Shown in pieces: positions 47,242 to 56,589 of a DNA stretch of 62,350 bases (position 1 is the stretch's first letter; each line of letters begins with the position of its first letter). Location of the stretch: positions 1 through 62,350 of the forward strand of contig JBILTQ010000001.1 in the NCBI GenBank assembly GCA_044371435.1. The letters are read 5' to 3'. The position numbers were made by a program, and so were the translations under genes. The stretch is from Pirellulaceae bacterium (GTDB taxonomy: Bacteria; Planctomycetota; Planctomycetia; Pirellulales; Pirellulaceae). The notes beneath the pieces are model-generated. The model searched no databases. It saw only the letters and a program-made list of their open reading frames with translations, and was not told where the DNA came from.

Positions 47242-50200
47242 TTATCGACCCCTCTCAGGGCTCACCATCCGCTCGGGAAAGATTTGCTGAAAATTGGTTC
47301 CCATCAAAGGAATGCCACGGCGAAAATCCAGCTGATCGGTAGTTCCTGTAACTTCAAGCTGCAACATGGTCGCACTATCGTTTTGGCTGATCAACGGCCC
47401 GAAGACTGCCACCATTGGACTGTGGTTACCAATGTAAGCATACAAATCCAAACGCAATTCACGACGGAGATTGACCCACCCACTCCCTCTCAGGGAAATA
47501 ATGTCGCCATCGAGCGAGATCCGATCTATCGGAATACGATCGCCATCAATACGGAAAAGCACATCGGCGCTTTCAAAGGCTCCATCATCCGGTGGCTTCA
47601 CGCTCAACACGCGAAATAAGCGGGTCATGACAGGCATGTGGTAGAAGTTTGCCTGTCGCAACCAGGCTTGACCAGTACCGCTAAGGGTATTGGTATGAGT
47701 CAGCGACCCGACGATCTGGCATTGCATCCAGAGCCGACCATCAGCTTGGTTTTGCCCCTCGCCAATATCTGCAAGGAAAGCCGCCAGGTCGGCATCGACC
47801 AAGGCTAGGTTGAGTTCCGTTCGTCCTTCCAAGAGGGGATGGCTCCCGTAGAGAAACAGATTTCCAGCCAGGGTACTTGCCTTCAAATCACTGGAACTCG
47901 TATCCAGCTTCGGTAGCTGTTCGTTGGAAAGCATTGCCCCCGGGCTGACGGGTGCCTGGCTTAGGCTGGTCGGAACTGGGATCACCGCCGCTGGTCCTTG
48001 GCGGAGGATAGTAGCGGAAGCCGGAACAACCGTGGGAAACTCGTCGGAAGCCCAGACGGTGTGTAGAGCCTGCATGAGGTCGCCATCCCGTCTGGCAGCG
48101 GCCAGGCGAGCTGCCAGCGGAGCCACCTGCACAGCTTCCGCCATCCTACCGAATAACAGCTTAGACTCCGCGATAGCAATTGGACCGGTGAGCTGCGTCA
48201 CCGGGATACCGCGTACTGCGAGCGAGTCCAGAACGAGAAAACCCTTGGCCTGCGGCCCCTGCTCGGTGTTCTCCCCCAAGACATGCATGGATCCGCGAAT
48301 ACCCGACGCCAGCGCCCCACCCGCCAACTGCCCATCTTCGATTTCGACCTGCAAGTCCCAGGCTTGAACCTTCGGCTCGCTTTCCGCCGGATCCGACTTC
48401 AGCAAGGTTTGGCCGGATATCGCTAAAGGCCCACGAAACTCGGTGGCCGTCAAAGGGCCCCGCATGTAATCGGGCAATGAAATCAACAAGCCTTGATCGA
48501 CGTTCAACCGAGTTGTCGGTAACCAAGTCAGAATGCCATTCCAGCTGCCATCTTCGGTGACCTGAAAGCCACCCTCCGCTGAAATATGACTTGAATCATG
48601 CGAAGCGTCAAAGCGGTGTAACTCCACCGTGCCCGGTCGATAACTCACGTCACAGGCGATCCGACTTAGGAGATACGGGAGGGACCGGGGTTGCATACTT
48701 ACACTCCGTCCGACCACCGCATCGTCGCCCCCATCCTCCTGGACCCGAACCGCTAAAGTCCATGGTCCATCCGACTGGTTTCGCTCTAGCGAAACCAGAA
48801 CACGATCGACCACCCCGCTTGGCCTTAGATGAGTCCATAAGTCGCGGACGCTCTCCGGGAGCGCTGCCTGCAACTCCTCTTCCAATGGAACATTCTGCGA
48901 GTCAAAGTCCAACTGGACTGACGAGACCTTGGGACCATCGCTAGTAACCAAGCCTTCGCAATGAATTCGGGCGCTGTCGTTACGACCTTTAAATCGCTGG
49001 ATACGAATCTGTTGGTCGTCGACGCTGATATGCCCCTGAATATCGAAAATCGGATAGCGAAACCCCTGATAACGCAGGGAACTATCGTAAAAACTCAATT
49101 CGATCGACTTGGAAAGGTTTTGGATATCGCTTGCCGAACGTACGAAACGTGCGCTCTTAACGTCGATCATGCCGCGCGGCGAGAGCTCCTCCACGAATCG
49201 TTGCAAAGCGGTCACCGGCTGACCGCGTGGAGTCAGGGCTTGGATCAAATGATCGTCGATCGGTATCGGTCCATCCGATGAAACCGAAAGCTCGATCAGC
49301 CATTTCGGAGAAGCCCGCGCCAATCGCAGCCAACCTCTTACCGTCTGACCTTCCGCCGTAGCCGTCAATTCCTCGCTGATCAGCAAACCGTCGCGATAGT
49401 GAAAGTCACCGCACACGTTGGTTAGTGGGTAGGGGAAGATATCCGCGTTTACCGATGCCTGGCGTGCATGAATCAGGATCTCCGGCTGCCATCGCACCCC
49501 ATCGAATTGCAGCACCAGTTCTCCGTCAACCCTTCCAGCAAGATTTAGCTTGAGCCACTGCTCCTGGATAGGTTGAGGGAGGGCGGCGAACAAGCGGTGA
49601 TCAAGATCCAAGTGCTTCACCTGGAGGCTTGCAAGCAGGGGTGCATTGAGCGTCAGACCATAAACGTCTGCTTCCAATTGAAATTTCGCTGCGCCGCTTC
49701 GAGCGGTCGCCTGACGCAACTGCATCAAATCATTCTTGAGGTAAAGCTCGCCTGCTAGTTCCTCCAAGGGATAGGGAAGCCTTGGGTGCTGCAGTCGTCC
49801 GTCACGGATATGGCCACGGACCAGGAAAGCTACTGCCTGCTGCGGCTCCTTATCGACTGCGAATTCCGCCGCCAGCTTGGCCTGCAAACCAGCCAACTGG
49901 GCCAAGTTACTCCGCCACTGCTGGGGCAATTTGTCTGTCCACTGCGACGAATAGAACAAGTCCTCGACATCCCCCTGAATAGCCCATCGTCGCTTGTCCT
50001 GGGAGAGATTCAGCTGCAGCGATAGCCTGGAAAAAAAGCTCCCGCGGACGCTCGCCTGTACCTCCACCCCAACCAACGCGTCTTGTTCGGCTTGCCTGAC
50101 CGGTCGAAGCTGAACGCTCAGATCATGAAAGATCATCTCCTGGGCCTGCAGATTCTCGGGCTGCAAGATACGAACCAAGCCCCGCCGGACTTCAATCGGT

Positions 50201-50694
50201 GGCAGATTGCCTGGGATAGGCTGGTCGCTCTGCAGGCTTTGTAAAGAGACTCGTCCGTCAGCCATGGGCCAGATGGATAGATCTACCGAATCCAAAATCA
50301 CCCGCTTGATCGGTGACTTACCCTGAATCAGATCTATCCAATTCAAATCACCCTGCGCGATAACCCGCGGAATTCGGGCGATGACCCGCGGACCTTCCGG
50401 GGTCTTGAGCGCTACCGTGAAACCTTCCAGCAACAGCCCCCGCCCTGGTTCGAGATGAGCGGTCTCCAATGCCACCAGATGCTCAGGAAACTGCCGCTCA
50501 AGTAACTCCTGAACCTTGTCGCGTAGGGTATGATTGATACGAGAATGGAAGTAATGATAGGCTGCCATCCCCAACAGGACCAACAGCAGCAAACAAACAA
50601 ACCGGTACTCCCATAGCCGATCGCGTTCGCGCAGCTTTATCGCTGCAAGGTCTTGAAGACCCGGAGGGTAACCCTGATCTGTCGAAGCATCCAT
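47242..50694 (-). CDS. AsmA/TamB-like giant envelope protein (about 1150 aa), N-terminal TM anchor
   Basis: The N-terminal anchor is WEYRFVCLLLLVLLGMAAYHYF. It is followed by LEGFTVALK...VILDSVDLSIWPMADGRVSLQSL, then a long beta-rich body, then a C-terminal LRGSGWVNLRRELRLDLYAYI...LQLEVTGTTDQLDF. This layout is as I recall for AsmA-family proteins. The assignment is by eye only. Confidence 0.55.
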   Translation of the reverse strand: MDASTDQGYPPGLQDLAAIKLRERDRLWEYRFVCLLLLVLLGMAAYHYFHSRINHTLRDKVQELLERQFPEHLVALETAHLEPGRGLLLEGFTVALKTPEGPRVIARIPRVIAQGDLNWIDLIQGKSPIKRVILDSVDLSIWPMADGRVSLQSLQSDQPIPGNLPPIEVRRGLVRILQPENLQAQEMIFHDLSVQLRPVRQAEQDALVGVEVQASVRGSFFSRLSLQLNLSQDKRRWAIQGDVEDLFYSSQWTDKLPQQWRSNLAQLAGLQAKLAAEFAVDKEPQQAVAFLVRGHIRDGRLQHPRLPYPLEELAGELYLKNDLMQLRQATARSGAAKFQLEADVYGLTLNAPLLASLQVKHLDLDHRLFAALPQPIQEQWLKLNLAGRVDGELVLQFDGVRWQPEILIHARQASVNADIFPYPLTNVCGDFHYRDGLLISEELTATAEGQTVRGWLRLARASPKWLIELSVSSDGPIPIDDHLIQALTPRGQPVTALQRFVEELSPRGMIDVKSARFVRSASDIQNLSKSIELSFYDSSLRYQGFRYPIFDIQGHISVDDQQIRIQRFKGRNDSARIHCEGLVTSDGPKVSSVQLDFDSQNVPLEEELQAALPESVRDLWTHLRPSGVVDRVLVSLERNQSDGPWTLAVRVQEDGGDDAVVGRSVSMQPRSLPYLLSRIACDVSYRPGTVELHRFDASHDSSHISAEGGFQVTEDGSWNGILTWLPTTRLNVDQGLLISLPDYMRGPLTATEFRGPLAISGQTLLKSDPAESEPKVQAWDLQVEIEDGQLAGGALASGIRGSMHVLGENTEQGPQAKGFLVLDSLAVRGIPVTQLTGPIAIAESKLLFGRMAEAVQVAPLAARLAAARRDGDLMQALHTVWASDEFPTVVPASATILRQGPAAVIPVPTSLSQAPVSPGAMLSNEQLPKLDTSSSDLKASTLAGNLFLYGSHPLLEGRTELNLALVDADLAAFLADIGEGQNQADGRLWMQCQIVGSLTHTNTLSGTGQAWLRQANFYHMPVMTRLFRVLSVKPPDDGAFESADVLFRIDGDRIPIDRISLDGDIISLRGSGWVNLRRELRLDLYAYIGNHSPMVAVFGPLISQNDSATMLQLEVTGTTDQLDFRRGIPLMGTNFQQIFPERMVSPERGR

Positions 50695-51992
50695 GCCGAA
50701 CCAATCCCAGCTACCACACACAAAGCCAAGACCGCAGGCTGCCGGTAGCGAACCGAACCTACGAAGACTAGATGCAAGGCAGCGAAATACAATGTCGGAT
50801 ACACATATATGGCTATCCCTGCTCTTTTCCCGCGACTAGTCCACAGTCCAATGACCGCCAGGAGCAGAATGATCACATACACTAACGATTCCGCGATGCG
50901 AATCCCAACCCCACCCAACTCCTCCGCCGTCGGCCACGGACTCCACATCTTGCGGAACTTTATCAAAGCCAAACGGCAAGCGGCAGAGCGATTTTCGTTG
51001 GCCCAGTGAATCGCGGCCCAAAAAAGCGCTCGATTGAGTTTCCACTCAAAGACATCACCCTCGTTCTTTTTGCTAGCGTTGACTGCACGGCTTCCCTCTA
51101 TCCTTGTCGCTTGCCGCTCCTCAGCCCGCAGTGCGATCTCGAATGGAAGCGAGAAAGCCATTCCTTCATCGCTCGACCCGGTCGCTCCTTCATGCAGTCC
51201 GTCGTAGAGACTGGCCCCAACCTGCAAGGTCGTCGGAACAAATCGACCGGTAACGAGGTAGTTCCGACACCACCATGGCGACATGGCCAATATCATTCCC
51301 AAACTGAAATAACACAACTCCGACCAAGGCCGGGGCTCTCGCCCCTGCCAGGCTGGCAATCGAGGCTCTCCCCCAAGGACTCGCCTAAGCCTGAAGCCGA
51401 CTTCCCGGCACAGGATACCTGCAGCCAGCAGCCCTGGCCACAACAGCCAACTCGGTCTGGCCAAACAAGCCAAACCGCCAATAGCTCCTGCCAGCATCGC
51501 TCGGCCCGGCCACCAACCTCGCTCCGACTCGCCAGCCCTCCAAGCCAGTAAGCTCAACATCATCAAGGGACAAAAAATCGCCTCGCTCAGCACGAAGATG
51601 CTCATCCCGATGGCGCCCGGATAAACCGTCGCCAAAATCCCGGTCGCCAAGCTCGCGACCATTCCCGCCAGTTGATAAGCGGCCCGCATCAAGATGCCGA
51701 CCACGACAGTGCCTAAAATCGCCCCGCTCAGTCGAGCGGTCATGACGCCAGCCCTCCCATTCCAGGAGGCGGCTGGCACCAAGAACAAGGGATAAAGCGG
51801 CGCACGAAAAATCCGACTATCGACCCCGGCGTAGTCGTAAGGCTGCCCGTCGGCAAGTTTCTCTGCCAGAATCCAATACGTTTCGCTGTCGCCAAAGCGA
51901 AAGAGTCGGCCTTCGGCATCAGCCAACTGCTGCCAGAAAAACGCCGCCGCAACCCTTAGTACCAGGGCGGTCGCCAGGATGGCGACGATCAT
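50637..51992 (-). CDS. glycosyltransferase family 39 (ArnT/PMT-like) polytopic membrane protein
   Basis: It has many TM segments. The N-terminal MIVAILATALVLRVAAAFFW is followed by FRFGDSETYWILAEKLADGQPYDY...FRAPLYPLFL. ATG 51992 avoids overlap with the upstream gene, whereas the track start is 52061. Confidence 0.7.
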   Translation of the reverse strand: MIVAILATALVLRVAAAFFWQQLADAEGRLFRFGDSETYWILAEKLADGQPYDYAGVDSRIFRAPLYPLFLVPAASWNGRAGVMTARLSGAILGTVVVGILMRAAYQLAGMVASLATGILATVYPGAIGMSIFVLSEAIFCPLMMLSLLAWRAGESERGWWPGRAMLAGAIGGLACLARPSWLLWPGLLAAGILCREVGFRLRRVLGGEPRLPAWQGREPRPWSELCYFSLGMILAMSPWWCRNYLVTGRFVPTTLQVGASLYDGLHEGATGSSDEGMAFSLPFEIALRAEERQATRIEGSRAVNASKKNEGDVFEWKLNRALFWAAIHWANENRSAACRLALIKFRKMWSPWPTAEELGGVGIRIAESLVYVIILLLAVIGLWTSRGKRAGIAIYVYPTLYFAALHLVFVGSVRYRQPAVLALCVVAGIGSAWMLRQIRVTLRVFKTLQR

Positions 51993-52005
51993 GGCGCCGT
52001 AAGGC

Positions 52006-53259
52006 TTACTGTGTGATTGGGCTAACAACGTTGCTTTGATTATCGTCGTCGGAATCGGCAATTACTGCCGCCATCGCCCCTAAAGCCCCCAAACCCAAGA
52101 GGTCACCAAGCCACTCACCTCCTAGCGTCCCACCGCCTCCGCCACCGATGATGCCCCCTGCCCCGAACATATTTCCACCCATCGGTGGTTGCATCCACAC
52201 CGCTTCCTCGATCTCCTCCTCCACCGCCTCTTCCTCCGGCGTCAGGCTCTCCTGGATCGCCAGCACATCGGCGCCATCAGCCAACTCGACATTCAGTGCG
52301 GGACTGGCTAGCTCCTGCATGCTTACCGAGCGCCAAGACCGGGTGGGTACTGGTTGGCGACTCGCCAATGCCTCCTCGCTAACAACGCAAAAGGCGACTG
52401 CTGCCATCCCTCGATTTCCTGCCGCCACGAAACCATAACAACCTGGCAGGACTTTCTCAAAAGTAAAGCTTCCGTCCACGGAAACCCTCGAACGGGAGAT
52501 TTCAATACCCTCCTGGAGAAGCATCGCGCTCATCTGGCTCATATCGGCCGCCTCCACGGATGTTCCCAACGGTGAAAGGTGCCCGACGACTTTGCCTGTC
52601 GCATCGGCAAAAATTCGATGCGATTTGGCGAACACTCGCTGGCCGACTAAAGGATCTCTCACGATTCCTCCGAGGCTGGCCGACAACGGCGTGGGCGGCA
52701 TATCCACGCTCAAAATCCGGCGGAGGCTCTCGCCGCGAGGACGCACTACCCGAATATCGACAGAACCTGGCAGATGAGCCCCGGCCTCTGGATCGAGAAC
52801 AACCAGTCCAAATGCCGCAAAGGAATTGTCCGCCTCGGCTACGATCGAGTAGTAACCTGTTTGGATCCCATCGAGCGAAAAAGAGCCATCGCCACGGGAA
52901 GCGCTGGTAGCGATTACCCGTCCGCGTTGAATAAGGCTCACCGTGGTACCCGAAACCGAAAGCGTGTCCTCACCGACCAAGGTCACAACCCGGCCACGAA
53001 TTGTCCCCCCCTCGCCCATCTGTACCCACTGGTGGGAGAACAGATTATTCAGCATCCCACTATCCTTTGCCGGCAGTTCAATCGGGGCCAGTAGGGCCTC
53101 GCCTTCACCCCCAAACAGGGAAGGCTCGATCGCATTCGCCGATGGCACCACCAAGGCGGGATTCAACTCCTGGGCGGTCGCTACCGACCAGCCCCCCATC
53201 GGAACAATCATCAGGGTCAAAACAATCGAACAGGCCTGCAGTCGGTATCGGAACATCAT
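52006..53259 (-). CDS. secreted protein with two carboxypeptidase-regulatory-like (prealbumin-fold) modules and a Gly-rich/hydrophobic/acidic C-terminus
   Basis: The signal peptide is MMFRYRLQACSIVLTLMIVPMGGWSVATAQE. The two modules are GTIRGRVVTL...SGTTVSLIQRGRVIATSASRGDGSFSLDGIQTGYYSIVA and SRVSVDGSFTFEKVLPGCYGFVA. The tail is GGGGGGTLGGEWLGDLLGLGALGAMAAVIADSDDDNQ. Confidence 0.6.
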   Translation of the reverse strand: MMFRYRLQACSIVLTLMIVPMGGWSVATAQELNPALVVPSANAIEPSLFGGEGEALLAPIELPAKDSGMLNNLFSHQWVQMGEGGTIRGRVVTLVGEDTLSVSGTTVSLIQRGRVIATSASRGDGSFSLDGIQTGYYSIVAEADNSFAAFGLVVLDPEAGAHLPGSVDIRVVRPRGESLRRILSVDMPPTPLSASLGGIVRDPLVGQRVFAKSHRIFADATGKVVGHLSPLGTSVEAADMSQMSAMLLQEGIEISRSRVSVDGSFTFEKVLPGCYGFVAAGNRGMAAVAFCVVSEEALASRQPVPTRSWRSVSMQELASPALNVELADGADVLAIQESLTPEEEAVEEEIEEAVWMQPPMGGNMFGAGGIIGGGGGGTLGGEWLGDLLGLGALGAMAAVIADSDDDNQSNVVSPITQ

Positions 53260-53505
53260 TCAATTCTTTGTTGAGAGAATGGAAACTCCCCTTGCTCCGA
53301 GGGTAAACCAGCAAAATTTTACCAATTCCCGTTAACCGCTACAACTAAAACGCTCCATCGATTCGCCAGAATCCAACTATTCGGCTCGACAAGAAGGAAT
53401 CGCTACGTTTGGGGAGCAGATTCACTGAAAAGCCATCACGCCCACCTGGAGGTATGCCACAGTAGGAAGAAGTTCTATTGGAAGTCGTCTTTTTGCGGTA
53501 AGCCC

Positions 53506-54273
53506 ATGTATATGGTCGATGTCATCGATTTGACCAAGTCCTACACGGATTTGGCTCAAGGCTTATTCATGGCCGTCGACGGGATTAGTTTCCGAGCCCA
53601 GGCCGGGGAGATTCTGGGTGTGCTTGGTCCCAATGGGGCAGGCAAGACGACCACCCTCAGAATGTTGAGTACGATCCTCCAGCCCAGCAGTGGTTCGATT
53701 GTCATCAACGGCGTCGATGCCGCGGCGAACGGTGATGCCGTACGTCGCAATATCGGCTTTGTCTCGAACAACACCGCCCTCTATGATCGAATGAGTGCTC
53801 GCGAACTAGTGGCTTACTTCGGTAGCATTCACGGGATGTCCAAAGCCGAAATACGCGAGAAGAGCGCTGCGATTTTCGCTCAACTACGGATGGCTGATTT
53901 CGGCGACACACCCTGCGGCAAGATGTCGACGGGTATGAAGCAGAAGGTCTCCATTGCCCGCGCTTTGATCCACGATCCTCCAGTCCTGATTTTTGATGAA
54001 GCTTCTGTCGGTCTCGATGTCATGGTGGCAAGATCTCTGCTCGAGACGATCGCCTCGCTCCGCGAGGCGGGAAAGTGCATCATTTTCTCGACGCATATCA
54101 TGCGTGAAGTTGAACGCTTGTGCGATCGCGTCGCGATCATGCATCGCGGTCGAATTCTCGACATGGGAACACTGGATGAACTCGCAGAACGACATCAACA
54201 GGCTGACTTCGAGGAACTATTCTTCCGCTTATTATCGACTCACGATCAAAAGCCAGAGAGCTGCCATCCATGA
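53506..54273 (+). CDS. ABC transporter ATP-binding protein (NatA-like)
   Basis: Walker A (GPNGAGKTTTLRML), signature (MSTGMKQKVSIARAL), Walker B (VLIFDEASVGLD) and the H-loop (FSTHIM) are all present. Confidence 0.92.
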   Translation: MYMVDVIDLTKSYTDLAQGLFMAVDGISFRAQAGEILGVLGPNGAGKTTTLRMLSTILQPSSGSIVINGVDAAANGDAVRRNIGFVSNNTALYDRMSARELVAYFGSIHGMSKAEIREKSAAIFAQLRMADFGDTPCGKMSTGMKQKVSIARALIHDPPVLIFDEASVGLDVMVARSLLETIASLREAGKCIIFSTHIMREVERLCDRVAIMHRGRILDMGTLDELAERHQQADFEELFFRLLSTHDQKPESCHP

Positions 54274-56447
54274 ACTGGTCGCGAGTGCGCCTGATATTTG
54301 AGCGTGAAGTTCGAGACCAAGTCCGTGATCGCCGGACGATGTTTACCATATTCGTACTGCCGTTGCTGCTGTATCCCTTCATGGGGATGCTGATGTTGCA
54401 AGTTGCCCAGTTTCATGCCGAACATGCAGTGCGTATCACCTGGATTGGTGAAGATAACTGGCCCAGCGACCGTCCGCTACTTTCACAAAATAAGTCGGAT
54501 AACGACGAGAGCTTGCTCCACTGGACACGGCTTTCATGGAAGGACCTCCCCTCCTCGGTGAACAACTGGGAGGATTTTGCCGTCGAGCAACTCAAGGCGA
54601 ACGCCACTGATCTGGTATTGATTTCGAAGCCGGGAATGGCTGAAGCCCTCCAAAGCGAGAGCCCTTCAACCCCGCTCATCACCGTCATCAATCAAGCATC
54701 CGATCAATCCGTCATTGCCGCCCAACGTCTCTCGCGTTTGCTCGAGGATTGGCAAGGACGATGGTTGCACACCAAACTCATCGAGTCACAACTCGACCCA
54801 TCCATCCTCCAACCCCTCCGACCGCAAGTCGTTGACGTCGCCCCAAGAGAAACGAAGCAAGCACTGGTTTGGTCCAAATTGCTACCATTGGTGATGCTGG
54901 TTTGGGCGCTCACCGGTGCCTTTTATCCAGCCATCGACTTGTGTGCTGGCGAGAAGGAACGGGGGACGCTGGAAACGCTTCTGAGCAGCCCCGCCACCCG
55001 TCGGGAAATCGTTTGGGGCAAGTTGCTGACCGTAATGACTTTCAGTATCGCAACCGCCGTCCTTAATTTGCTGAGCATGCAACTTACCTCCTCCTTTGTC
55101 ATCGATCAGTTTGCCCGTCTTGGCGGACCGAACGCAGTCCCGACGGTTGGCCCGCTCCCGCTAACAGCCCTCACCTGGTTACTTGTCATTCTTTTACCGA
55201 TATCGACGATGTTCAGCGCCCTCGCCTTGGCTGTGGCAGCTTTGGCGCGTAGCAGCAAGGAAGGGCAGTACTATCTGATGCCTCTCCTCTTGGGCGGTCT
55301 CCCGTTGGTTCTCTTACCGATGGTACCAGGAATGGGTCTGACCGTAGGCAGCAGCGCCATTCCGGTCACCGGCGCTGTTTTGCTCGCCCGCGCACTGATC
55401 GAAGGCCAGTATGCTGATGCCATCCTGCATGCACCGATCGTGATTGTTGTTACCATCGTTTGCTGCTTGCTCGCCGTACGTTGGGCTGTCCGGCAGTTTG
55501 AGAGCGAGGCGGTGATGTTTCGTGAGAGTGAGAGGTTTGAGTGGGCATTGTGGCTCAAGCACCTGTGGCGAGATCGAGCCGCAACCGCGACAGCCAATGA
55601 AGCCTTGTTGTGCGGGGTGATTATCCTCGTAGCTCTCTTCTTCGGACGACTCTCCTTATCCAACCAGGATTTATCCTGGACCAGCATCGCGCGCACCACC
55701 TTGGCTATCCAACTGGGAATGATCCTTGGCCCAACCTTGATCATGGCGGGCTTTATGACCGCATCGGTGCGGCGAGCCTTACGGCTGGAAATTCCTCGCC
55801 CCATCGATTTCCTCTTCGCGGCCATCCTGGGAGTCAGTCTCCATCCCATCTACCTGGTATTCGCGACAGCCATCCAGCAGGAATTCCAATTGGGCGTTGA
55901 TACCAAGCAGATGCTGGTACAGATCGATCAGGTAATCGCTGCCGCTCCGCTCTGGTCGGTCCTGTTGATCTTCGCGGTCCTGCCGGCTTTGTGCGAGGAA
56001 TTGGCTTTCCGAGGCTTCATCTTCGGTGGACTGAGCCGGGACAATGGTACCTTGCGTGCGATTCTGGTTTCCTCGCTGTTTTTCGGATTCTCGCATGGCG
56101 TCCTCCAGCAATCCATGACGGCGACCACCATGGGGCTAGTGCTGGGAATCGTCGCCTGGAAAAGCGGCGGCGTGGTGTGTGGTATCGTCATCCATGTGCT
56201 TCACAATGGTTTGACGATGGTCCTTTCCCGGCTTGGCAAGACCCCGGAAGAGATCCCTTCTACCCTGGACTGGGCCTTCCAAATCACCCCCCAAGGTCAA
56301 CTCGCCTACTCCTGGACATGGCTGGCTCTCAGCCTCGGTCTAAGCGCACTCAGTCTGGCGTGGTTTATCTTTCGCCAGACAAACCTCGGTCACCTGAGGG
56401 ACTTCACCCTCCAGCCAGCGCATCAACCATCCAGTCCGACCCTTTGA
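54270..56447 (+). CDS. ABC-2 (NatB-like) permease fused to a CPBP (CAAX/Abi) intramembrane glutamic protease domain
   Basis: The N-terminus IFEREVRDQVRDRRTMFTIFVLPLL is followed by a large extracytoplasmic loop and ABC-2 TM segments. The C-terminal CPBP motifs are CEELAFRGFIFGG (EExxxR), FGFSHG (FxxxH) and HVLHNG (HxxxN). The ATGA overlap with the ATPase gene is at 54270-54273. Confidence 0.85.
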   Translation: MNWSRVRLIFEREVRDQVRDRRTMFTIFVLPLLLYPFMGMLMLQVAQFHAEHAVRITWIGEDNWPSDRPLLSQNKSDNDESLLHWTRLSWKDLPSSVNNWEDFAVEQLKANATDLVLISKPGMAEALQSESPSTPLITVINQASDQSVIAAQRLSRLLEDWQGRWLHTKLIESQLDPSILQPLRPQVVDVAPRETKQALVWSKLLPLVMLVWALTGAFYPAIDLCAGEKERGTLETLLSSPATRREIVWGKLLTVMTFSIATAVLNLLSMQLTSSFVIDQFARLGGPNAVPTVGPLPLTALTWLLVILLPISTMFSALALAVAALARSSKEGQYYLMPLLLGGLPLVLLPMVPGMGLTVGSSAIPVTGAVLLARALIEGQYADAILHAPIVIVVTIVCCLLAVRWAVRQFESEAVMFRESERFEWALWLKHLWRDRAATATANEALLCGVIILVALFFGRLSLSNQDLSWTSIARTTLAIQLGMILGPTLIMAGFMTASVRRALRLEIPRPIDFLFAAILGVSLHPIYLVFATAIQQEFQLGVDTKQMLVQIDQVIAAAPLWSVLLIFAVLPALCEELAFRGFIFGGLSRDNGTLRAILVSSLFFGFSHGVLQQSMTATTMGLVLGIVAWKSGGVVCGIVIHVLHNGLTMVLSRLGKTPEEIPSTLDWAFQITPQGQLAYSWTWLALSLGLSALSLAWFIFRQTNLGHLRDFTLQPAHQPSSPTL

Positions 56448-56589
56448 AGCCACTCCTCGGACAATACTATTTAGACGATCTGGCCTCGCCCACCGCGCCG
56501 CACCGAGCAGATGGTAGCCGTCGCTTCGCGATACCGCTGGTCAAGCCTGGACGCCTTCGTATTCCGTGACTGGTGGACTGTCATCGAAC

